A stretch of 64,000 nt of DNA from an uncultured Methanomicrobiaceae archaeon (lineage in GTDB: Archaea; Halobacteriota; Methanomicrobia; Methanomicrobiales; Methanoculleaceae), in NCBI GenBank assembly GCA_963826525.1, contig CAWGXH010000004.1, forward strand, positions 1,056,001 through 1,120,000, read 5' to 3'. Positions 40,659 through 51,161 of the stretch are shown one piece after another. The notes under the pieces are model-generated. The model worked only from the letters and a program-made list of their open reading frames with translations, searched no databases and was not told the DNA's origin. Numbering within the stretch: position 1 is the first letter of the stretch; every line of letters begins with the position of its first letter. Position numbers and translations under genes: made by a program.

Positions 40659-41518
40659 TCACCACCGGTGCTGGTAGCCCCGGCGGTCGAGCGCCCGCCC
40701 GTCGACGAGCACCGACGGCTCTTTGGTGACCCTGCCGATGACCGTGCCCTCCACCCCCGGAACGGGGAGGAGTCCTTCCGGGCAGGTGAAGAGGAGCTCG
40801 AAGTCCCCGCCGCCGTGGAGTGCGAGCTCGCGTGCCTCCCCCTCCGGCACCCCGGCCGGGAGCGGCAGGCGGCGGCTCTCGACGGCGAACCCGCAGCCGT
40901 TCGCCGCCACCATATCGTAGAGCGAGAGGGCGAGGCCGTCGGAGATATCCATCATCGCGGTCACCCCCGCCCTGCCGAGCGCTATCCCTTCGCGGACTCG
41001 CGGCTGCGGTTCGAGGAGCGCCCGCCGGTGCCGCCCGTAGCCTTCGAGCGCCGCCTGCGCCTCGCCGAGGGGCCGGTCACCACGACGACGTCGCCCGGCC
41101 GTGCCCCCTTCCGGCGGACGAGGTGCTCCGGCGCGACGTGCCCGAGACCCGTGCTGACGATCGTGAGTTCCCGGTGGGCGTCGAGGTCGCCGCCGGCGAG
41201 CTCCGCTCCGAAGGTGGTGCAGCAGTCGTGGGCGCCCTCCATGATCGAAATGAGCCGTTCCGGGTCGTCGAGGCCGACGGCGAGGAGGACGGCGGTCGGA
41301 GCCGCACCCATGGCGGCGATATCCGAGAGGGTGACCGCGACCGACATCCAGCCGATCTGCCACCCCGTCATCCCGGCAGGAAAGTCGGTGGTCTCGTGGA
41401 GCATATCCGTGGTCGCGACGAGAAACTCCCCGCCGTGCGGAAGGACGGCGCAGTCGTCGAGCGTCTGTTTGCGGCCGATGATCGCCTGCACCCGGGTCAG
41501 CAGGTCCCGGTCATCCAC
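40659..41518 (-). CDS. thiL: Thiamine-monophosphate kinase (frameshift near 41070)
   Basis: DDCA, TTDM, LSDIAAMG, GGD, MDISDGL, GGGDFELL. Confidence 0.88.
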
Positions 41519-43466
41519 CGCGGCGCACCTCCTTTTCGCGCTCGCTCCGGTACTCTTTGAAGAGGTATTCGAGCCGTTCCGTCTCCTGTTCCCGGCGGAA
41601 CTGCCTCTGTTCCTCCTCCCAGTCCCGGATGGCCTCCTCGAGCGCATCCGTCTTTACCGCCCCGGTCTTCCCCCGGATATCGGCCCCTACCTTCCGGTCC
41701 GGAACGAGCGGCAGATCCGCCTCGCGGAACGCCGCGACGAGCTGGGGGTCGGGCTCCCCGGCAGTCTCCTTCCCGGCGATCACCGCCTGCACCCCGGCCG
41801 CGGCGAGGTCTTTGACGACCGCCCGTCCCCATCCGGCCGTCCGGCGGGCGTAGAGAATGTCCCCCTCGCCGATACCGATCTCCTCCGCAAGAGCCCTGAT
41901 CGCATCCCGGGTGAGGGCGTCGAGCACCTTGACCGGCGTTCCGTCCTCGGCATGCGCCACTTCCGCGATCGTCCGGAGCCTATCAAGCCTCTTCTTCAGC
42001 CTCCTGCCGTGCCGTTTCTCGTTCCGGAGCTGCTGCTTGAGACTCTCGATGATAGCATCCTTCGTCGCGAGTTCGGCGTCTTTCCGGAGTTTCTTCTCGG
42101 TGGCCGAACGCTCCCGGCGGATGCCCTTTCTGAGACGGTCGATCTCCGCATCCCGGTTTTTGAGGTCTTCCTGAAGATCGGCCACATAGCCGCGGAGCCT
42201 TTTGACCATCCCGTCGAGGGTGATCACCCGCTCGTCTTCGACCTTCCGCTCGACGACCGCCGCCGGTGCCGCTTCTTCGGCCGGCGCCGGGACTCCCTGC
42301 AGGTCGGCGAGCACCTGGTCGAGCGCCTGGCCCCGGAGGACGCGGGCGCGCACCTCGTCGAGATCGACGCCCGGCGGCACCCGTTTTGCGAGGTTCTGGA
42401 ACTTGTTCTTGTTGCTCCGGTAGGCGTCGAGCGCCGCCGAGAGGGCGTCGCGTTCGTGGTCGTTCGTATAGGAGAACGGCGCCGTCAGGTCGTACTTGGT
42501 CTCGACGGCGAGCGACTGCCGCGGCGTATAGGGGATGGCGTTGAAGGCGCGGCGGATCTTCTCGACCGAGTAGGGCATCTGCTGGACGTCCGAGGCGACG
42601 ATCAGCGGTTTACCTGCCCTATAGAGCTCCTCGACGATATCGGACATCGTCATCTGGCGGGAGCTCGTGAGGTGGATCAGGTTCCCGTCGAGGTCGACGG
42701 CGGCGATCCCGGTCGTGGTGCCGGGGTCGAGGCCGACGATAAGGTAACGGGGGCGGCCGCTGCGCTGTTCGTAGCGTATCCGGTCGAGCCGTCGCCCCGC
42801 CACCCTGACCTGCACGTCGGCGCCGCGGTAGGTATGCACCGGCACCATGTCGCGGGGAGCGTGGACGGCGAAAGCGACCCGGGAGAACCCGCCGAAGGCT
42901 TTCGTCTCCTTCTTCTCGTAGCGGAGGCCGGCGCCTTTGAGCTGCTGCTCGAATCTCGCGGGATTCTGCATGACTCCGCCGTGGATCTTCCGGGCGTAGC
43001 GGTTCTGGCTCCAGCCTCCCCTGCCCGGCGAACGGTGGCGGCTCACCACGATATCGGTGGTGTTCTCAAAGGCAATCACCTCGACACCGGCGCCGAGTCC
43101 CGCGACCTGGGCGATGGTGCGGGCTTCGGCGTACGGGTCGAGTTTATTGAAACTGATATTGTATCGGGATGCGACTTTCGGGAGGGACTCTTTCTTCTCG
43201 CCCCCGGTCACCTGCACGAGGCGGGTCCTCGGCGGGAGCGACTGGAGAAACTCGAAGAGTTCGTGCTGATCGGTTGCGATCTCCTGGATGCTGTCGACGG
43301 CAAGAATATCGGGCTCCTCCGCGGCGAGCAGGCGGCGCAGGCGAAAGAGCGTCACCTCCGTTACATCGGTGATCTCGCCGTCTTCCATCCGGTAGAGGGC
43401 GTACAGCGGCCGCTGCGACCGCGAGCGCACCGATCCTTTGATAACGTCGATCCCGAAGATCCTCAA
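41511..43466 (-). CDS. DUF460-domain protein (RNase H-fold plus coiled coil)
   Basis: IFGIDVIKGS, GGWSQNRY, IVGLDPGTT, NDHERDAL. Confidence 0.85.
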   Translation of the reverse strand: MRIFGIDVIKGSVRSRSQRPLYALYRMEDGEITDVTEVTLFRLRRLLAAEEPDILAVDSIQEIATDQHELFEFLQSLPPRTRLVQVTGGEKKESLPKVASRYNISFNKLDPYAEARTIAQVAGLGAGVEVIAFENTTDIVVSRHRSPGRGGWSQNRYARKIHGGVMQNPARFEQQLKGAGLRYEKKETKAFGGFSRVAFAVHAPRDMVPVHTYRGADVQVRVAGRRLDRIRYEQRSGRPRYLIVGLDPGTTTGIAAVDLDGNLIHLTSSRQMTMSDIVEELYRAGKPLIVASDVQQMPYSVEKIRRAFNAIPYTPRQSLAVETKYDLTAPFSYTNDHERDALSAALDAYRSNKNKFQNLAKRVPPGVDLDEVRARVLRGQALDQVLADLQGVPAPAEEAAPAAVVERKVEDERVITLDGMVKRLRGYVADLQEDLKNRDAEIDRLRKGIRRERSATEKKLRKDAELATKDAIIESLKQQLRNEKRHGRRLKKRLDRLRTIAEVAHAEDGTPVKVLDALTRDAIRALAEEIGIGEGDILYARRTAGWGRAVVKDLAAAGVQAVIAGKETAGEPDPQLVAAFREADLPLVPDRKVGADIRGKTGAVKTDALEEAIRDWEEEQRQFRREQETERLEYLFKEYRSEREKEVRRGG

Positions 43467-44320
43467 CCGATCACCGTCTCCACCGCATCGTCGAGGGAGT
43501 AGTCGATCCTGTATTTCCGCGTGAAGTGCTGAAGGATGTTTCCGAGGTCTCTTCGGAGAATCTCGTGTGCGTTCGGGTGCGACGCCTCCATCCACTGCGG
43601 CCAGTCGATCAGCCAGCACTGCTCCTCCGCGACCATGACGTTGTACTCGGAGAGGTCGGCGTGGACGATGCCGAGGCGGTACGCCTCCCTGACATTCTGC
43701 AGGATCTCATCGAGCACTTCATGCGGCTCCTCGAGGACCGCCTGGGAGAGGTTCACCCCGGGGACGAAGGACATCGCCACGACGTGCCGGTTCCGGTCGA
43801 TCGGGAGCGGCACCGAGACGGCGGGGTGGAGGGTCGTGAGCGCTTCGTACTCCATCCTCGCCGAGAGGTTCGAGGCGAATATCCAGGGGCAGTGCCCGGC
43901 CTCGGGCATGTAGCCGCGCTTGAGCCGGGCCGACTGGAACGAGCGCTGCCCGACGCGGTGGAACTTGAGCACGAGGACGCCGAGCCCCATCGCCTCGTAG
44001 ACCTCCGACTCTTTCCCGACCCCTATCAGGCAGCCGAGTGCCTGGACGGTTCCTTTGCGGGTCAGGCTGGAGAGGGCGAGGGTATCGTAGCCGTTAAAGA
44101 CCAGGGCGTATCCCTCGTAGGGCACCTTCTCATACCGCACCATACCCATGTTCATCAGCCTCCCGATGCGGTAGGCGAGCTCGGCCTCGGAGAGTTTCGT
44201 GGCCGATTTCAGGATATCGAGCGGAACCCACTCGTGCCATCTCATCAGGCGTTCGAGGGCGCGCAGTATGGTCTGTTCATAGGGGTGCAACGATCGTACG
44301 TATTCTGCAGGAACGGGCAT
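43463..44320 (-). CDS. rio2: RIO2-family serine/threonine kinase
   Basis: N-terminal wHTH, IGVGKESEVY, KFHR, HADLSEYN, IDWPQ. Confidence 0.92.
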   Translation of the reverse strand: MPVPAEYVRSLHPYEQTILRALERLMRWHEWVPLDILKSATKLSEAELAYRIGRLMNMGMVRYEKVPYEGYALVFNGYDTLALSSLTRKGTVQALGCLIGVGKESEVYEAMGLGVLVLKFHRVGQRSFQSARLKRGYMPEAGHCPWIFASNLSARMEYEALTTLHPAVSVPLPIDRNRHVVAMSFVPGVNLSQAVLEEPHEVLDEILQNVREAYRLGIVHADLSEYNVMVAEEQCWLIDWPQWMEASHPNAHEILRRDLGNILQHFTRKYRIDYSLDDAVETVIG

Positions 44321-44373
44321 GGTCACCACCATTTATGTGTCCCGGTGATAAAAGTGTGATTGGAACGACCAAG

Positions 44374-45261
44374 ATGCAGTGCACCAAGTGCCGCCGGGAC
44401 GCGGTTATCTATCAGCGATACTCGGGGTTGCACCTCTGCGAGCATCATTTCATCCTCGACTTCGAGGCGAAGGCCAAACGGGCGATCAGGAAGCACCGCT
44501 GGATCGAGCCCGGGGATACGGTGGCGGTCGCCCTCTCGGGAGACCGGGAGAGCAGCGCCGCTCTCTTCTTCCTGCACCGCCTGTTCCACAAACGGCGGGA
44601 CATTCGCCTGATGGCGATCACCGTCGACGAGGGGATAGCCGGTTACCGCGATGCGGCGCAGGCGGCGGCGATCGCCCGGAACCTCGGCGTACCCTCTCTG
44701 ACCACCTCCTTTGCAGCGGAGTACGGCATCACCCTTGACGAGATCGCCCGCCGGAAGGGCCCCGCCCTCGCCTGCTCCTCCTGCCGGGTGCTCCGGGGAG
44801 CCCTGCTGAACCGGTCTGCCCGGGAGAACGGGATCACCAAGCTGGCCTTCGGGTTCACCCTGGACGACGAGGCGGCGTCGGTGCTGACGAACGTCTTCCG
44901 GGGCGATGCGGAGTGGTTCTGCGCCCCGGCCAGGCCGGTTCCGTGGATCAAGCCGTTTATGGATATCCCGGAGCGGGAGGTGGCCCTCTACGCCACCCTC
45001 CACGTCGAAGGATTCGCCTTCGCCGGATGCCCGCATGCCGGGAGTGCTCTTTCGGAAGACGTCCAGAGCCTGCTCGACGAGTACGCCTCCCGCCACCCGG
45101 CCACGAAGAACGCCCTCGTGAACCTCGGCGAGGAGCTCCGCGGGGCGCTCGCGGCAAAACCCGGGTCGATCCGCATCTGCGAGCGGTGCGGCGAGCCGTC
45201 GGAGGAGATCTGCCGGTGCTGCCGGATCCTGGACGAAGTGAGAGGACATGGATCTTCGTAA
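44374..45261 (+). CDS. TtcA/Ncs6(NcsA)-like protein with degenerate PP-loop
   Basis: N-terminal CxxC...CxxH, VAVALSGDRES, TVDEGIAGYR, CSSC, CPHA, C-terminal CERC...CRCC. Confidence 0.78.
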   Translation: MQCTKCRRDAVIYQRYSGLHLCEHHFILDFEAKAKRAIRKHRWIEPGDTVAVALSGDRESSAALFFLHRLFHKRRDIRLMAITVDEGIAGYRDAAQAAAIARNLGVPSLTTSFAAEYGITLDEIARRKGPALACSSCRVLRGALLNRSARENGITKLAFGFTLDDEAASVLTNVFRGDAEWFCAPARPVPWIKPFMDIPEREVALYATLHVEGFAFAGCPHAGSALSEDVQSLLDEYASRHPATKNALVNLGEELRGALAAKPGSIRICERCGEPSEEICRCCRILDEVRGHGSS

Positions 45262-46949
45262 CCTTCTCTGGCGGCTGGCAAACGCCCCGTCGTCTCTCCG
45301 GATACGCCTCTACCTCGTCCTCTTCGCGGCGCAGATCATCGTCTATACCGTCCTGTACCATACGTTCTATCCCCAGTGGGAAGGGAGACCCCTCACCTGG
45401 TCCGGCGCCCTGCTCTTCGTCCTCGAGACCGTCACGACGACCGGGTACGGCGAGCCGCTCCCTTTCACGAGTGAAGCGACGGTCGTCTTTGCCATCATCA
45501 TGATGCTGACCGGCGTGGTCACGATCTTCATGGTCATTCCCCTGCTGCTGGCACCCTACATCACCACGATCATCCGGTCCACGCCACCCCGCCGAACACC
45601 CTATCCGCTCGACGGGCACGTCGTCATCGTCGGCTACTCCGAGCTCGTCCGGTCGCTCATCGACAGCCTGATGATAGCGGATCTCGATATCGTCGTCGTC
45701 GTCGAGGACGAGTCGGTCGCCCGGGACCTCGATCTCCGGTACCGTCCCGAGGTGTACGTCGTCTGGGGAACCTACGCGGAGCCGTCGACGTGGCGGCAGG
45801 TCTCCATCAAGAACGCCTCGACCGTCATCGTCACCGAGCGGGAGCGCACCACCGCATCGGTGATCCTCGGCATCAGGGATATGACCCCCGCCCGCATCAT
45901 CGCCATCGTCGACGATCTCGCCTTCGAGCGCTATCTCCGCTATGCCGGTGCCGAGTACGTCCTCTCGCCCAAGAACTCGACCGGGACGATCCTCGCCCGG
46001 CACGCCGTGCTGCGGCCGGTCGTCGACACCATCTACGAGTCGATCCGTATGAACGGGACGGATATCTACGGGACGGGGGTCGACCGGTCGCTCCGGCTGG
46101 TGAAGGTTCCCATCATGAGCGGCTCGCCCGCTGCGGGCAAAAGCCTCCGGGAGCTGGCGCTCGTCGAGGTCTACGGGGTGGAGGTGCTCTTCTTCTGGAA
46201 GGGCGGGCGTTTTGTCCCCCTCCCGAAGGCCGACGATATCATCGATACGTCCACCATGCTCTTCGTCCTCGGGTCGGCCCCCGCTATCTCGGAGATGATC
46301 GACCGTGAGTTCGCCCACGAGACGGACGGCGACTCGCTCGCCGTGGTCGCGGGGTTCGGCGACGTCGGCAGAGCGGCGTACAGAAGAGCTCTCCTCCTCC
46401 GGTATAGCGAGCGTCGTGGTGGATCAGAAACCCTACGACGTGACCGAGGTGATCGGGAACGTCGAGGACGAAGGGGTGCTCCGGGAGGCCCGGATCGAGG
46501 GCGCCCGGTTCTGCGTGGTGGCGGTCAACGACGATGACATCAATATCTTCACGACGCTCATGGCACGGAACCTGAATCCGTCATTGCGGATTCTTGCACG
46601 GGCGAACGAGTCGTCCTCGGTCGATAAACTCTACCGTGCGGGTGCGGATTACGTCGCCCTGCTGCCGGCGATCGGCGGCCAGGTGATCGCCGGGATCATC
46701 CTCTCGAATATCGCCGGCATCCTCCTCGATCTCCCGGACGGGCAGAAGGTGGTGATGAAGCACCGGATCCGGGATGCGTCGACGACGGTCGGGGCGGTGG
46801 AGGTGCGCAGCGGGGTTCGGATCGTCGGGATCGAGGGCAACGGGCGGTCGACGATCCAGCCGCAGTCGGAGGATCTCATCGTGCAGGGCGACTCGGTGAT
46901 CGCCGTCGGCGATAACGAGATGCTGAAACGCTTTATCCGCCTGATGTAG
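45248..46949 (+). CDS. Potassium channel with TrkA-N/TrkA-C (RCK) domains (frameshift near 46385)
   Basis: TVTTTGYG selectivity filter, two RCK Rossmann domains (IVGYS, VAGFG), AGADYV. Confidence 0.88.
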
Positions 46950-47023
46950 CGAAAGGCTCCGTCTCCGATTTTTATATGCACCATTAAATACTTTGATCGC
47001 CCCCGGACAGCCGGCGAGTACCG

Positions 47024-47692
47024 ATGAGGCTAAGCGTATGTTTCCTCCTCTGTCTCTTCCTTGCGGCTGCGCTCACTCTCCCGGCGGCGGGAGCCGTCGG
47101 CGGCGGCAGGGTCATCCGGAGCGGTGATACCATCTACGTCGGCGAAGAGAACCTCAACCTCACGCCCCTCTTTGCAGGGGCGCCGCCGTCCCCTCCCGGC
47201 GTGGACCGGCTGGTGCACTCCGGAGATCCCGGGAATAGCATCGACGTGCCGAACCGGAGCAGTTTCGATCTCACCAGTGTCGACGTCGGCGGCGTCACCG
47301 GGGGTTACGCCGTCCTGCCGCAGGGCGGTGAGGCGGGGCAGCAGGTGAACGTGACCGAACCGCTCCGTCTTCGCGTTCTCCTGAACGGGTCTTCGTCGGA
47401 GTCCGTCAACGGTATGATCCTGCCGCAGAACCGGACGATCGACCTCGTTCTGATGCACGACCTCGCGGGAGCATCCGCCCGGATCGATCTGGTCGGGCCC
47501 GACGGCAGCCTGCTTTCCTCCCTCGGCGGGGTGAACCTGACGGAGGTCGCGGTGACGGCGAGCCCGACGGTCATCGGCGGAATCGACCTCGCGGGTGTCC
47601 CGCCCGGGTTCTATGCCGCACGGGCGAGGGTGACGTCCCCGAACGCGACCTATCTCTCGAACTCCGTCGTCGTCGGGGTGGCGCCCTCCTGA
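47024..47692 (+). CDS. Secreted protein, DUF3821-like N-terminus
   Basis: Signal peptide then I-x-x-GDTIYVGEENLNLT. Confidence 0.65.
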   Translation: MRLSVCFLLCLFLAAALTLPAAGAVGGGRVIRSGDTIYVGEENLNLTPLFAGAPPSPPGVDRLVHSGDPGNSIDVPNRSSFDLTSVDVGGVTGGYAVLPQGGEAGQQVNVTEPLRLRVLLNGSSSESVNGMILPQNRTIDLVLMHDLAGASARIDLVGPDGSLLSSLGGVNLTEVAVTASPTVIGGIDLAGVPPGFYAARARVTSPNATYLSNSVVVGVAPS

Positions 47693-47696
47693 CAGA

Positions 47697-48257
47697 CTAC
47701 TGGAGTTTGAGGTTTGCCATCGCTGCTATCTCCTGTGCCATCCCGATCGTCGCGGGGCCGTCGGCGGAGAGGTAGTCGACGATGACGACGACCGTTCCCT
47801 TCCGGAAACCGACCTCTGCCGCTTCCTGGTGCTGCCACCCGTAGCCCTCGTCGGGGATGGCGAGGTCGAACGTCCGGTAGCCTGACTGCTCCCGGGCAGC
47901 GGTGTATGCGGCACAGGCACTCTCCTCGCCGCCGTAGAGCGTCGTCACGATAGTGACCGCATCCCCGTCTCCGTTGACGAACTCTGCCGTGCAGGTTTTA
48001 TTCTCGTAGAGAAGGGCGTCCGCATCCCACGTCGCCGCCATGTCCCGTGCGGTGACGATGAGCCCTTCGATTGACTCGACGGCTGCGGGATCGAGGGCGG
48101 TCGGAAGCGTCACGTCTGTCGGAACCGTGATCTGCGGTAGTGGCCGATCGCCCCCGGGGACGGTTGCCGTGCAGCCCGATGCGCCGAGCGTGCAGGCGAG
48201 AAGAATAAGGAGGAGAGATGTCGTGACGGCTCTGTTCTTCATAGAGAGCGTGTGCAC
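47697..48257 (-). CDS. Putative lipoprotein
   Basis: Basic N-terminus, hydrophobic stretch, ASGC lipobox; start may be 48242. Confidence 0.65.
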   Translation of the reverse strand: MHTLSMKNRAVTTSLLLILLACTLGASGCTATVPGGDRPLPQITVPTDVTLPTALDPAAVESIEGLIVTARDMAATWDADALLYENKTCTAEFVNGDGDAVTIVTTLYGGEESACAAYTAAREQSGYRTFDLAIPDEGYGWQHQEAAEVGFRKGTVVVIVDYLSADGPATIGMAQEIAAMANLKLQ

Positions 48258-48305
48258 GGCTCCATGATAAATGGAAACGAATCAGCGTCGCCGGAAAAAA
48301 GGGTA

Positions 48306-49025
48306 TTACCGGGGCATCGGGTAGTTGGTCAGCCCGGCGAAGATCTCCCTGAACTGCTCCGGGTGGTTTAAGAATGCGACCGACCGTGCCCGTCCGACGA
48401 GGTCGTAGAGGGGTGTCATCCGGTCGATGGCGAGCTCCCGTATCTCGACGGGTTTCAGGTGCCTGACCGGTGCTGCGTGGGGATAGGTCGGGTTCCTGAC
48501 GAGCGCCCCGCCCTCCATCTCGTAGTAGGCCGCTCCGTTCCGGTCGACGTAGGGCTGGTAGTTGCTCGTAAATTCGGTCGAGACCAGGTTCGCCATGACC
48601 AGCACTTCGGGCGAGGGGTTGATGGTCACGTGGCCGTATCCGGGCGGGATCAACACTTTCTCGCCCGCGGATGCCTCGATCATGATCACGTCGCCTGCGT
48701 CGCGGGTCTGGAGGAGGTAGTGGCCTCTCCCCTGGAGCACTTCGTAGATCTCGGGGTAGCCGAGTCCTGCCGGCGTGTCGGGGTGGAGGTGGCCTTTGGT
48801 CTTGACGTACTCACCGCAGAGGGTGACGGGAGGGATGACGGTAATATCGTAACTGATGTGCTGCTCTTTAAGCCACCGCCGGTCGTCATCGGACTTTGCC
48901 AGATGGCGATACATATAATAGAGGGGGTGATGGGCGGTGCAGGTCTGATCTGCGAGCACCTGCCGCATATCATCTATCGTCCGCACCTGCGCATCCGGAA
49001 GCGGACCATCCCAGTACCTGTTCAT
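48306..49025 (-). CDS. Cupin-type glucose-6-phosphate isomerase family protein
   Basis: YYMYR, YDITVIP, KTKGHLH, EIYEV, IPPGYGH-x-TIN. Confidence 0.88.
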   Translation of the reverse strand: MNRYWDGPLPDAQVRTIDDMRQVLADQTCTAHHPLYYMYRHLAKSDDDRRWLKEQHISYDITVIPPVTLCGEYVKTKGHLHPDTPAGLGYPEIYEVLQGRGHYLLQTRDAGDVIMIEASAGEKVLIPPGYGHVTINPSPEVLVMANLVSTEFTSNYQPYVDRNGAAYYEMEGGALVRNPTYPHAAPVRHLKPVEIRELAIDRMTPLYDLVGRARSVAFLNHPEQFREIFAGLTNYPMPR

Positions 49026-50305
49026 CTCCCTTTCTTACGGTAGACCAGTATATAATACCCTCCACCGAGGAGAACCGCGGCGATGAGGGCGAGAACGATG
49101 GGGTTCGTGACGAGGGAGCCCGACTTCTGGACGAGGTCGACCTGCACCTTCATGGTATCGGATATCTGGCTGCTGCCGAGTGCGTCGCGGTAGCGGATCT
49201 CGGAGTCGAGGCCGTAGGCCTTGAGGGTTGCGTCGGCGTCGACGTTCATCTCGAACCGTGCGGTTCCCTCTGCTCCGGGTGCGAGGTCGCCGAGGTAGGC
49301 GGTGTCGTCGTTGCTGGTGAAGGGGTCGATGGCGCTGATCCGTGCCTGGGCGTTGTAGACGGTGGCGGCACCGATGTTTTTGTAGACGACCTCGAGGACG
49401 CTCTTCTCACCGGGGATGAGGGTGGCGGCCGAGGAGACGACGGCGAAGTCGGTCTTCCCGCCGACCGGGAGGCCGAGGGTGACGGTCTTTGAGGTCGCGG
49501 CGTCGCCGTCACGGTCGGTGTAGGTGACGAGGACGTCGAGCGGGTAGGTCTGCGCCTCGGCGTCGGTGGCGACGGCCGCCTTGAAGGTCACGTCGACGGT
49601 CTCGCCGGGGGCGAACGTGCCGAGGTAGGCGGATGCGTCGGTCGGGACAATCGGGCTCGTGCCGCTCCGGGCGATCCGGGCGACGGCGCCCTTTGCGGTC
49701 TCGTAGCCGGCGTTCTTCAGGGTGAGGTGGACGTAGCCCTCGGTGCCGACGTTCAGGTCTTCGGTCGTGACGTCGAGCACCTCAAGCCGGAGGTCCGGGG
49801 TGATCGTGACCGCGAGCGGGAGCACCTCGGTCTTCTCCTCGTAGAAGTACTGGATGCTGTCGCTGCCGTACTGCTCGGCCGAACTTAAGTAGGTGTAGGT
49901 CACCGTGAGGGGGAGGTTGTAGGTGCCGGGGGCGGCGTTCTCGGCGACCTTGACGGTGAAGGTCGCGGTGACGCTCTTGCCGCCGGCGATGTCGCCGAGG
50001 AACTGCGGGTCGGTCTTGACGGTGACCGGCGCGGCATCGGTGCCGAGCGCGGCGGTGACGAGTTTGGCCGTGTTCGGCAGGTCGTCGCGGGCGACGGCGG
50101 TCGGGTCGACGAACTTGAAGGTGTTCAGCCCGCTGTTCTTCAGGTTCACCGCGAGGGCCATCTCCTGGCCGGGCGAGAACTCGTTGGTACCGGCGATCGA
50201 CGCCGAGAGGGTCGGGCTCCCGTAGAGGTATTTATCGGCGGCCATGGCCGGACCGGTCAGGGCAGCGAGCAGGAGGGCTGCTACCAGAAAGTACTGTATT
50301 CTCAT
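49022..50305 (-). CDS. COG1361 S-layer-family protein
   Basis: Signal peptide, Ig-like repeats (LG-x-x-APGE, APGTY), C-terminal TM plus RKK. Confidence 0.85.
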   Translation of the reverse strand: MRIQYFLVAALLLAALTGPAMAADKYLYGSPTLSASIAGTNEFSPGQEMALAVNLKNSGLNTFKFVDPTAVARDDLPNTAKLVTAALGTDAAPVTVKTDPQFLGDIAGGKSVTATFTVKVAENAAPGTYNLPLTVTYTYLSSAEQYGSDSIQYFYEEKTEVLPLAVTITPDLRLEVLDVTTEDLNVGTEGYVHLTLKNAGYETAKGAVARIARSGTSPIVPTDASAYLGTFAPGETVDVTFKAAVATDAEAQTYPLDVLVTYTDRDGDAATSKTVTLGLPVGGKTDFAVVSSAATLIPGEKSVLEVVYKNIGAATVYNAQARISAIDPFTSNDDTAYLGDLAPGAEGTARFEMNVDADATLKAYGLDSEIRYRDALGSSQISDTMKVQVDLVQKSGSLVTNPIVLALIAAVLLGGGYYILVYRKKGR

Positions 50306-50369
50306 CAGATCACCAGTGTTGTTTCTTGCGGAACAACATTTATTTTCCGTCATTATATATACATATGGG

Positions 50370-51161
50370 ATGAGCGAGTCTAGGGACATTCCTGCGGATA
50401 TTATCGAATCTCTGAAGTCACTGGGGCTTACCAAGTACGAGGCTCTCGTCTATATCGGGCTCCTCAAGGTTGCCGGGGCTACGGCGACCGAGATTCACGA
50501 GATCTCGGGCGTACCCCGCGCATCGGTCTATCCCGTCCTCGACCGGCTGATGCAGAAGAGTCTCGTCAGTGTCTCGCATGCCACGCCCCGGCGTTTTAAT
50601 GCCACCCCGCCTGAGGAGGGGGTAACGATGCTCATGCACCGGATCGAGGAGGATGCGAAGGCCGCCCGCGAGGCGCTCGTCGCGATCTACGCATCGAAGC
50701 ACGAGGAGGAGCGGGGCGATCAGGAGCTGATCTGGAGTATTTACGGGCAGGAGAATATTCTCGGCCGGCTCGGCGAAGCCTTCCGGAACGCAGAACGGAG
50801 CGTGTATATGGTCGTCAACGGAAGCCTCCTGTCGGGCTCGATCCTCCCGCTCCTCAAGCCTGTTTTGGGCTCTGTTGCCGTCGAGGTCGTCACCGAGTGC
50901 TGGGAGGGCGAGATGCCGGAGGGGATGACGGTGCACGTCCACCATCACTGTATGAAGTCAGAGAACTGCGGGCATGCGGAGAAGAGGCTGCCGATGGAGA
51001 ACGCGGGGGTCTTTATCGTCGACGGCGAGAAGGTGCTCGTCTGGATGAGTTCGGTCGGCGAAGCGCCCTCCGCCCTCTACTCGGAATCCGCCGGGTTCGT
51101 GCAGTTCTTCAACCGGTACTGGACCAATATCCGGGACTGGGTGGATAGCACCAGTCAGTAG
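50370..51161 (+). CDS. TrmB-family transcriptional regulator
   Basis: LGLTKYEA...SGVPRASVY-x-VL-x-x-L; C-terminal IVDG. Confidence 0.9.
   Translation: MSESRDIPADIIESLKSLGLTKYEALVYIGLLKVAGATATEIHEISGVPRASVYPVLDRLMQKSLVSVSHATPRRFNATPPEEGVTMLMHRIEEDAKAAREALVAIYASKHEEERGDQELIWSIYGQENILGRLGEAFRNAERSVYMVVNGSLLSGSILPLLKPVLGSVAVEVVTECWEGEMPEGMTVHVHHHCMKSENCGHAEKRLPMENAGVFIVDGEKVLVWMSSVGEAPSALYSESAGFVQFFNRYWTNIRDWVDSTSQ

Noticed and set aside
40596-43502. 968-aa plus-strand ORF (likewise 20333-22270, 1044-2426, 16698-18041 and 38428-39804)
   Set aside because: Antisense shadows of well-supported genes in GC-rich DNA, with no recognisable motifs.
2862-46949. Programmed frameshifting or pseudogene status for the split core genes
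   Set aside because: Breaks are scattered with no shared slippery motif, and flanking motifs are intact; assembly error is more likely.
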